NCBI GenBank assembly: GCA_945862285.1
Contig: CAMAYN010000001.1
Span: 1 to 61,990 of the forward strand
Origin: Akkermansia muciniphila
GTDB lineage: Bacteria; Verrucomicrobiota; Verrucomicrobiia; Verrucomicrobiales; Akkermansiaceae
Direction of reading: 5' to 3'
Length of the DNA: 61,990 nt
Shown here: positions 42,045-49,312 of the stretch, piece after piece
Layout of the letters: each line of letters starts with the position of its first letter
Numbering within the stretch: position 1 is the first letter of the stretch
The notes under the pieces: model-generated
What the model was told of the DNA's origin: nothing
The model's input: only the letters and a program-made list of their open reading frames with translations
The model's database searches: none
Made by a program: the position numbers and the translations under genes

Positions 42045-43016
42045 TTAGTGAGGTAAACCCTCGAATAAGGTCGCAGCGTGTTTGTAGATTGGGTCATTTT
42101 TATCATCGATTTTATTTTTGATACTTTGTAGCTCCGAAAGCGATCCCGGACTGTTTTGTAATGCAATTTCATCTATTACCAATCTTCTTATACTTATATG
42201 CAAATCGTTTTCAAAAGTTTTGTAGAAAGTAAAAAGGTCTTGTTCATTCTTTATGTAACTTTTGCCAGTATAAATTGCTAAAGCTCTGTAAATCGGGTTT
42301 TTTGAATTTCCCATATTTTTCAACATATTTATGTTTTCTTCTTGAGATGAATTTTTGAATGGATTAACATCACTAGCAATTCTAGCTAAAAATATATCTC
42401 CTAATTGCGGTTCTTCTTTGGACATCCGTTCCTTAAAGAACTTATCAATGCCGGAATTATTTGTCTGTGAGTATAAAGCATAAACCGCGTACAATCCATA
42501 AGCGCCTGACATTTCATCATCAGTTAGCTTTGACGTGCTACTTCCTTTTCTCAATTCTTCTACAAATTTGCTAGAACTACGGAATAATACACTAAAGTCA
42601 ATATTCGCTATGTCAACAGTCACTTCAAAATCCTCAATCCAATACCTGCTTGCAAGTTGTGTCAACTTTTGCGAAGTTTTTGCAATATCCGATTCTTTTA
42701 GAATTGCAGAATTTAATTCTGCTAAAACTAATTTAGCGTAAGCAGGAATTTCTTGTAATGGAACTTCATTTCCAGTATCACTTATTGAGTTAGCGGTGGG
42801 TAATGGTCTTGTATCTTTCACAGAAATTCCATGAAAATCAAATTCCCTTAGAATGCTTTCATCAGCAATATTATTACCTGATTGTTGTCTTTTGAGTGAA
42901 GCCTCGCTTTGTGTTTTGGTAGTGCGATTTTCTTCAGAAATTTTTTCTTTCTTGCAAGATGACAAACCAGATAGAAACAGAGTAAGAATGATTATGGTGT
43001 TTGACGAATGGGCCAT
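42045..43016 (-). CDS. Lipoprotein of unknown function (323 aa), very AT-rich gene overlapping the end of 42992..45658
   Basis: Lipobox LFLSGLSSC after MAHSSNTIIILT. The predicted helical C-terminus looks repeat-like (NPIYRALAIYTG..., DPIYKHAATLFEG). My hand count is ~25 % GC in 42301..42400. 25-nt overlap with the upstream gene. Confidence 0.65.
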   Translation of the reverse strand: MAHSSNTIIILTLFLSGLSSCKKEKISEENRTTKTQSEASLKRQQSGNNIADESILREFDFHGISVKDTRPLPTANSISDTGNEVPLQEIPAYAKLVLAELNSAILKESDIAKTSQKLTQLASRYWIEDFEVTVDIANIDFSVLFRSSSKFVEELRKGSSTSKLTDDEMSGAYGLYAVYALYSQTNNSGIDKFFKERMSKEEPQLGDIFLARIASDVNPFKNSSQEENINMLKNMGNSKNPIYRALAIYTGKSYIKNEQDLFTFYKTFENDLHISIRRLVIDEIALQNSPGSLSELQSIKNKIDDKNDPIYKHAATLFEGLPH

Positions 43017-45658
43017 GACTGAAAAATTAGATAAGTATTTACGTAGTAATAGGGAGGTCCGTTATGCTTTGCACCTTTTATGACTGTTTTAATTGGAGCA
43101 CCTCCCTTGCTGTATGCTAAGGCCACCGATGTTGATCCATCCAAGAATAGTAACTCGATTTCATCAGCGCGGCCACCTGTTAGTTGTTTGACCCCTGATT
43201 TTTTAGCGTCATGGGCAAGATCCTTTCCTCTCCCCGTCCCAACTTCAGATGATGCACTAAATATAATACCTTTCGTAGCTTGCCCACTCTTATTGTAGTA
43301 GCCGATTGACTGAATTTCATTACCATCAGATTGCCGCTTATCGAAATTTGCTGATAAGCCTCCCATTCCAGATCGCGGATTTGCGGCGTTATTTGTAGAA
43401 CTTGAAGGTAGCACGCTTGCTCCCCAAGAGTAATTTCCCGTCGATAACTCTCTGATATAATTGCCACCTCGATCCCCATTAGGCATAGGCTCAGGACCAG
43501 CTAATGGACTGAAAGGATTACCATGAGCAGGTAAATGAGCATCGGATGATACAATTTGATCCAGAACCCCATTTCTTACAACCCTTCCATGGCAACGATC
43601 AGTTATATCGCCTCGAATTCCTGCTCCCGCAGGATTTCTGTCATCAATGAAAAAGCATTGATTTCCGTTTATAGTTACCGTAGCAGGGTAAGCAGCAATA
43701 ACTGCATCAATTCCTTTGAGTTGACCGCCATTAGCTCTCCTGGATGCGTCTATAGGAAAAAGTCTAGTCTGTTGTTCTAGCATAAAGACCAACCGAAATG
43801 TATCTGCACCGTAAGCACGCTGAACAACACATAGTGTCGTATTATTCTCCCTAATATAATCTTCAACTGTTTCAAAAAATCTAGAAGCACCAAATCTTTT
43901 AATAACGGTTAGGTCAAGTTTCAAAGAAGTCTGCACATCCTTGAATTCCCCATCGATTTTTTCACGAAATTTGAGAACAAGTTCTCCTTCTACTTGGGGA
44001 TTATCTGCGGGATAAGCTACATCAACATCAGCTCGTGCATAGATGATTTTTGGCAAAGGGTTGCTTCCACTCACCACAAACCGATTTCCTGTTTTTAGTC
44101 CAAGCGCGTCTTTGCATTCTGCTGTTTTGTAGAAAGTAAGTCGATCAATCCCAGGATGCTCTAGCCATATCTCGCCTTCTTCAATACCGCAAGTTATTGC
44201 GATCGCTTCTGCATCGTCGTCATTGATTTCACTTTTTGGACGATCTGGGTCTGAATCGCCAATGTCCCACTTGCCATTTGATAAATTATCATTCGCGAAC
44301 ATAAACTCCGTGCCCAATATTTTTGCATTACTACCTGCCGCTGCGCTCTGCGCGGCATCTCGTAAGGTGATGTCCTTGGTATCAATGACACCATCATTGT
44401 TTAAATCAGATAACAACTGAACAGGAATTGTTTTTGCATCGGCGACAAAAATTGTTCCCTGTTGGATCCCTGGTGATTCTTGAGGGGAAATATCAAGAGG
44501 AGCAGAATTCATCGCTCCCGCGCTAACATATTGTTCGAGTTTATCATAGGTAGTAATGAAACTTTCATTTTCATTGAAAATCCGATGGCGCACAATGAAG
44601 TGAAATTTGCTCTGAGCCTCTGCTAACTCGGGTAACACCGTCCAAATTCTTCTGGCTGACAGGTAAGCATTTTCGCTTCGTCCCTGTTCTTCCAATCTTT
44701 GAGTTGATTCAAACAAATTCGTCTCTTCTGGTTTTAGCTCATCTTCTGTCGGCAGATTGGGAAACGCTTTTAATGCTAGCATGTCGCGCAACTCTTGAAG
44801 AGTTTTGAAACTTTGAATCTCGCTCGTAACGTTGGTTTCATCCCAAGTTGCTAACGTAGTAACAAGGCCTTCTATTCCAGAAGAAGGGTTATTAGGTGTT
44901 GTATTATCATTACAACCATACTGCAAAGCCTTCAAGGCATTCACATGTCTGTATGGCATGCTTGCTGCTAGTATTGGATTTGAACCAAAGTGTTGTTCAT
45001 GTCCGTCATCAATGCCATCTCCATCTGTATCGGGATTCGTCGGTGAGGTTCCGGTAAGTATTTCCATTATATCGCTTATTCCGTCACGATCTGTATCCTT
45101 CAGTAATAAGTTTGTGCCAACAAGATATTCTTCATAGGTTGTCAAGTCGTCACTGTCTTCGTCGCGGTCTGTGACTTTTACGCGGTAAAACAACTTGGGT
45201 GGCGGAGCGGTGGTGTTGGTGTTTTCCGGGTCGGTCGCTTGAATGGCGATGGTGTGAGCGGTGTCGTTCGCTGCGGCATCGATGATTGGCCCGATGTTGA
45301 CCCAGAAATGGAGGTTGGTGCTGGCTTGAATACGGTAGTTTTTCCCGGGGATCACCGGCCAAGTGAGTTCGTAAGTTGCGGCGGTGGCGGTGGATTGGAT
45401 CGCGAGGGCAGTTTTCCCGTTTGAGCCATTGGCGGAGAAGGGATTTGTTCCCGCTAGGGCTTCTTGGGCGTTTGTCCAACCGTCTTGATCGGGATCGGCG
45501 GTCGCGGCGTGGGTGGCGTTACTCGCCTGAAAGAGTTGGCTGGTGTTGTATTGCTTTTCCCATACATCGCTTAGGCCGTTAGCGTTTGTGTCGAGGATGG
45601 CAAGGAGTGGGAAAATGCTGAAAATCTGAAACGCTAAAAAGCTGAAAATGGTTTTCAT
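42992..45658 (-). CDS. Secreted modular protein (888 aa): shared ~165-aa N-module, then a unique payload with Asp-rich Ca-binding-type motifs and a possible phosphodiester-glycosidase-like tail
   Basis: I place the start at ATG 45658 (MKTIFSFLAFQIFSIFPLLA), which forms an ATGA with the upstream stop. I do not use the track start at 45733. The N-module ADPDQDGWTNAQEALAGTNPF...ELTWPVIPGKNYRIQASTNLHFW...KLFYRVKV is homologous to 7602..9629. The tail has TINGNQCFFIDD...GRVVRNG and ELLFLDGSTSVALAY (weak NAGPA-like resemblance). Confidence 0.75.
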   Translation of the reverse strand: MKTIFSFLAFQIFSIFPLLAILDTNANGLSDVWEKQYNTSQLFQASNATHAATADPDQDGWTNAQEALAGTNPFSANGSNGKTALAIQSTATAATYELTWPVIPGKNYRIQASTNLHFWVNIGPIIDAAANDTAHTIAIQATDPENTNTTAPPPKLFYRVKVTDRDEDSDDLTTYEEYLVGTNLLLKDTDRDGISDIMEILTGTSPTNPDTDGDGIDDGHEQHFGSNPILAASMPYRHVNALKALQYGCNDNTTPNNPSSGIEGLVTTLATWDETNVTSEIQSFKTLQELRDMLALKAFPNLPTEDELKPEETNLFESTQRLEEQGRSENAYLSARRIWTVLPELAEAQSKFHFIVRHRIFNENESFITTYDKLEQYVSAGAMNSAPLDISPQESPGIQQGTIFVADAKTIPVQLLSDLNNDGVIDTKDITLRDAAQSAAAGSNAKILGTEFMFANDNLSNGKWDIGDSDPDRPKSEINDDDAEAIAITCGIEEGEIWLEHPGIDRLTFYKTAECKDALGLKTGNRFVVSGSNPLPKIIYARADVDVAYPADNPQVEGELVLKFREKIDGEFKDVQTSLKLDLTVIKRFGASRFFETVEDYIRENNTTLCVVQRAYGADTFRLVFMLEQQTRLFPIDASRRANGGQLKGIDAVIAAYPATVTINGNQCFFIDDRNPAGAGIRGDITDRCHGRVVRNGVLDQIVSSDAHLPAHGNPFSPLAGPEPMPNGDRGGNYIRELSTGNYSWGASVLPSSSTNNAANPRSGMGGLSANFDKRQSDGNEIQSIGYYNKSGQATKGIIFSASSEVGTGRGKDLAHDAKKSGVKQLTGGRADEIELLFLDGSTSVALAYSKGGAPIKTVIKGAKHNGPPYYYVNTYLIFQSWPIRQTP

Positions 45659-46557
45659 TGGCCACCTCCTTGCTGAGTTTGAGCTTCTTGTTGCTCTTGG
45701 AGTTTTTCTGCCATCGTTTTTTCGGGAGTCCAATAGCGGATGATGAGGTTAGGAGTTGGGTCGGGAGGGTTGGCGGCTAATGCAGCGGCACGGCGGGCGT
45801 TTTCTTCTTTGAGGGAGGCAGATTTAGCGATGAAAGCGGCGTGGTGCTGTTGGTAGAGTTCGTGCAGACCATCGAGGGCGGCGAGGTCGGTTTCATCGGG
45901 ATTCCCTTGGGTAATGGCGTAGGTGGGTTGCGTTGTGGAATCGGTGGGGAGTTCGGGAATTGATGGTGGGGTATAGGTTTTTCCTGCTTGTGCGGCGCGG
46001 GTGGCGGCTTGGGAATTAGATTGATCGCCAATGCCAAACATGACGTTGTGGGTAATGTTGGCTTTGTTGAAGGCGTGAAGATGGGTGAGGTGATGGAAGT
46101 TGACGTTTGACCATGCTTCGTAGAATTCGGTGGGAGTTTTCCCTTGGCTTGTCCAGCGGATGTGGGTGCGAGTGGTGCCGTTGGCCTCGTCGTGATGGAC
46201 GGTGCAGGAAAGCATCGTCATGCGGTGTTCGGTGCGATGAGCAATCCTTGCGGCACGAGCGGCTTGTTGTTCCGGTGTTACAGGTTCGGGGGTTGGAGCG
46301 GCATGTGGAAGAGGAATGTCTTGGGGGACGACTTCTTGAATGGTGATGGTTTGATCTGGGCGAACGACGGTGCGGGAAGAAATGATTTCATCTGGGGTGA
46401 TTTCGAGTTTTGGGGCGGCGGGAACAGCGGGCGCGCTAGGTGCTGCTTGCTCGGGGATGAGGGTGGCGGTCTCATCGGCATAGGTTGCAGGAAATAGATT
46501 GACCACGAAGAACGCGAGAGCGTAGAGGCGCGAATTTTGTAAGAGACTGATTTTCAT
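45655..46557 (-). CDS. Signal-peptide protein of unknown function (about 300 aa), paralogue of 9626..10528, translationally coupled to 42992..45658
   Basis: Likely start at ATG 46557 (MKISLLQNSRLYALAFFVVNLFPATYA). HRMTMLSCTVHHDEANGTTRTHIRWTSQGKTPTEFYEAWSNVNF and ANPPDPTPNLIIRYWTPE match the paralogue. Confidence 0.7.
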   Translation of the reverse strand: MKISLLQNSRLYALAFFVVNLFPATYADETATLIPEQAAPSAPAVPAAPKLEITPDEIISSRTVVRPDQTITIQEVVPQDIPLPHAAPTPEPVTPEQQAARAARIAHRTEHRMTMLSCTVHHDEANGTTRTHIRWTSQGKTPTEFYEAWSNVNFHHLTHLHAFNKANITHNVMFGIGDQSNSQAATRAAQAGKTYTPPSIPELPTDSTTQPTYAITQGNPDETDLAALDGLHELYQQHHAAFIAKSASLKEENARRAAALAANPPDPTPNLIIRYWTPEKTMAEKLQEQQEAQTQQGGGQ

Positions 46558-46953
46558 GATTTTGTGGGAAAAGTTATCATTCCGCACTGGCGGACGGGGA
46601 GTTCAAAAGTCGCTTACAGACGACCGCAACGGCCTTTGGCCTCCCTCAGAAGGCAAAACCTAAAGAAAGCGGCTTGGACATGCGCCGCTGCCTCCCCGGC
46701 CTTTCGACTAGTTTGGCAGCAATGTTTGCGGTCATTGCTAACCGCTGTAAGAGAAGATTTTGAAGTCCTCATCCGCAATGCGGACAGGACTAGAATAGGC
46801 AGATATGTGATCGCGGCAAGCTATTTGTTCTTTCCGTAGAAATTTTTTGACTGTTGAAGAATCGCATCTGGACACTGCGAGGGCGTTATGCTATTCCTCT
46901 AGTGTAATCGAAAAGTATTTCGCTTACGTATTTCACATCAACTAAAACAAAAA

Positions 46954-47427
46954 ATGAACACATTAAACCGTATATCCGCCACTCTGACAGCCGCAGAAGT
47001 GACCACATTACTAACCAAGATCAATGAGGTGAAAAATGCCTTGCCATTTCTCATCGATCTTTCACCAGAAGAACGCCGCACCTTTCCTAAGATGGGCGAT
47101 AAGTCCGTCGCCTTTGTGAGTCGTTGCGTAGAAATCGCGCAAAGGGATGACTCTTTTCTGCCCAAAAAATTCGATGTCACAGAGTTTGCCGAAGACCACG
47201 CCCTAAGCGTGGCATTAGAGCCGATCCGCCAGCAACTTGCACAATTGCTAGAGCTAGTCGAGGATACTCAATTGCTCGCTGGTTCGGAGGCTTACATCGG
47301 AGCCTTGGAAGTTTATAATAGTGCACAGCGCTCTGGGCAAGGTCTTGGCTTAGACGACCTGATTGATCAACTCGGGATGCGCTTCGTCCGCCGTAGGAAA
47401 GAAGCTGAAGACTCTAAAACACCCTAA
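46954..47427 (+). CDS. Unknown 157-aa protein (family A), paralogue of 55055..55498
   Basis: ATG at 46954. LPFLIDLSPEERRTFPKMGDKSVAFVSRCVEIAQ and the C-terminal GLGLDDLIDQLGMRF align with the 55-kb copy. Followed by a strong terminator. No domain recognised. Confidence 0.65.
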   Translation: MNTLNRISATLTAAEVTTLLTKINEVKNALPFLIDLSPEERRTFPKMGDKSVAFVSRCVEIAQRDDSFLPKKFDVTEFAEDHALSVALEPIRQQLAQLLELVEDTQLLAGSEAYIGALEVYNSAQRSGQGLGLDDLIDQLGMRFVRRRKEAEDSKTP

Positions 47428-47460
47428 TTTTCCTACGATTTTCACAATCATCTAATGTTA

Positions 47461-47498
47461 GCTCCTGCTGTGAGAAAAATCGCGGCAGGAGCTTTTTT
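47461..47498 (+). terminator. Rho-independent terminator after the family-A gene
   Basis: Stem GCTCCTGCTG / CGGCAGGAGC (47461..47470 and 47483..47492; one G-T pair), 12-nt loop, then TTTTTT at 47493..47498. Confidence 0.75.
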
Positions 47499-47688
47499 CT
47501 CGGGAGTTCGGCCTTTTTACTCGAAAGTTCAGCCTTTTTGCTCGGAAGATCGACCTTTTTACTCGGAAGATCGGCCATTTTGCTCGGAAGATCGACCTTT
47601 TTGCTCGGAAGATCGACCTTTTTGCTCGGAAGATCGGCCTTTTTGCTCGGAAGCTCGACCTTTTTGCTCGGAAGTTCGCCCTTTTTTG
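47493..47688. repeat. Tandem array B: 9 units of exactly 21 bp (TTTGCTCGGAAGATCGACCTT)
   Basis: The CTCG core recurs at 47499, 47520, 47541, 47562, 47583, 47604, 47625, 47646 and 47667, a constant 21-nt spacing. The array starts on the terminator T-tract and ends ~125 nt upstream of the AlkP-family gene. Confidence 0.95.
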
Positions 47689-47813
47689 CATGCGTGATGT
47701 AATTTTCCGTCTGCCGAGACTGGCGTAACGTATTATCCTCCGCTCAACTAGATTCCTCGTTCATCCGAATATTTCCGTGACATGTCTTATGGTTTGCTTT
47801 GAAGTGAGCGCGA

Positions 47814-49175
47814 ATGCAACGTTTGGCACTGTTAAATATCGTGGGCTTATCTGCGTCTCTGATCGATGATCGGATGCCGCGATTTTCTGCGTGGGCGAGG
47901 CGGGCGGGGCTGCAATCCTTTTCTCCGGCATTTCCTGCGGTGACTTGTACGGCACAGTCGGATATGCTCACAGGCACAGATGCCGATGGGCATGGCATTG
48001 TGGCAAATGGTTGGTATGATCGGGAATCCTGTGAAGTGCGATTTTGGAAGCAGAGCAATCATTTAGTGCGTGGGGAGAAGATCTGGGATGTATTGAAACG
48101 CGAAGTGCCAAACTTCACCTGCGCCAATTTATTTTGGTGGTATAACATGGCAACGCGGGCGGATTTCGCGGTGACACCGCGGCCACTGTATTTGTCGGAT
48201 GGGGCGAAGCATTTTGACATTCATACCCAGCCGATGGGCTTGCGGGAGGAATTGAAAAGTGATCTCGGGGCCTTTCCGTTTCCGTCGTTTTGGGGGCCGG
48301 CGGCGGGGATTCCTTGTAGCCAATGGATTGCTCGTTGTGCGAAGTGGATGGAGGAAAAGTACTCGGCACATTTGAATTTGGTCTATTTGCCGCATTTGGA
48401 TTATGGTTTGCAAAAATATGGGCCAGGAGCTGCGGAGATGGAGGTGGAATTGCGGGCGATCGATGAGGTGGTGGCTGATTTGATTGATTTTTACGAGTCG
48501 CGTGGGGTGCGGGTGATGTCGGTTTCTGAGTATGGTATTTCTGCGGTGGAAACTCCGGTGCATCTGAATCGGATCTTGCGGGCGAATGGCTGGCTATCGA
48601 TCAAAGATGAATTGGGTCGCGATGGCTTAGATTTTTTTCAATCGGATGCAATAGCCGTGGCGGATCATCAAGTGGCGCATGTGTATTTGAAGGATCGGAG
48701 TCGTATGGGGGAAATGCGGGAGTTGTTAGAAAAACAACGTGGCGTGGAGAGTGTGAAGGAAGCGCAAGAAATCTGGGCCAATGGTGGAGCGAATGACCGG
48801 GCGGGAGATTTAGTCGTGACGGCGGCGGCAGGGCATTGGTTCACGTATTATTTTTGGGAGGATGACAATCGTGCGCCGGATTATGCGCGCTGTGTGGATA
48901 TTCACCGCAAACCGGGCTATGACCCAGCGGAGTTATTTCTCGATCCGAAAATCGCTATGCCGAAGTGGGAGATTGCGAAATTTTTGCTGAAGAAAAAGAT
49001 CGGTATGCGAGCCTTGATGGAGGTGATTCCTTTGGATGCGAGCCTAGTAAAAGGATCGCACGGCAGGGTGGATGTGCTGGATGAAGAGCGCCCGATCATT
49101 GCTGGTGCGGATCACGAGATCGGTAGTGCGAAAGAGGTTTTTTCTGCGATGTTGCAACATTTTCGGAATGGCTAA
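47814..49175 (+). CDS. Alkaline-phosphatase-superfamily protein (type I phosphodiesterase / nucleotide pyrophosphatase-like)
   Basis: Nucleophile/metal motif SPAFPAVTCTAQSDMLTG. Other motifs are VYLPHLDYGLQKYGP and SEYGI; 453 aa. Confidence 0.8.
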   Translation: MQRLALLNIVGLSASLIDDRMPRFSAWARRAGLQSFSPAFPAVTCTAQSDMLTGTDADGHGIVANGWYDRESCEVRFWKQSNHLVRGEKIWDVLKREVPNFTCANLFWWYNMATRADFAVTPRPLYLSDGAKHFDIHTQPMGLREELKSDLGAFPFPSFWGPAAGIPCSQWIARCAKWMEEKYSAHLNLVYLPHLDYGLQKYGPGAAEMEVELRAIDEVVADLIDFYESRGVRVMSVSEYGISAVETPVHLNRILRANGWLSIKDELGRDGLDFFQSDAIAVADHQVAHVYLKDRSRMGEMRELLEKQRGVESVKEAQEIWANGGANDRAGDLVVTAAAGHWFTYYFWEDDNRAPDYARCVDIHRKPGYDPAELFLDPKIAMPKWEIAKFLLKKKIGMRALMEVIPLDASLVKGSHGRVDVLDEERPIIAGADHEIGSAKEVFSAMLQHFRNG

Positions 49176-49312
49176 ATCCCTGCAATATCGAAAAAATTAC
49201 CGTCAGCCCGATAGGAGTGACTGCATTCACGACCTTGCTAGCTTTGCAGCAAAGTGAGCAATTCGTTTGTTGATTCTGTTTCTTGTCATAGCCCAATTTG
49301 CTCGTTAAGGCT

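Noticed and set aside
45659-45733. Track start of the 913-aa ORF at 45733, a 79-nt overlap with the upstream gene
   Set aside because: The 25 extra residues (MDSRKNDGRKTPRATRSSNSARRWP) are the antisense-frame tail of the upstream gene region. ATG 45658 gives a proper hydrophobic leader and reproduces the ATGA junction seen in the paralogous pair.
46588-46953. Structured ncRNA or riboswitch in the 366-nt divergent intergenic region (hairpins such as AGCAATG-N8-CATTGCT and GTCCTCATCCGCAATGCGGACAGGAC)
   Set aside because: Only isolated short hairpins are present and no recognisable riboswitch core. The paralogous partner gene at 10528 has a 99-nt upstream region with nothing similar. This cannot be supported without covariation data.
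47455-47697. 80-aa (+) and 77-aa (-) ORFs encoding heptad repeats (SEDRPFC / FRAKRSI) across array B, which could look like a repeat peptide or RiPP precursor
   Set aside because: The 21-nt period makes open frames automatic. The plus-strand ORF starts just 6 nt upstream of the terminator hairpin and reads straight through it. The sequence-related array C has a 22-nt period and cannot be coding.
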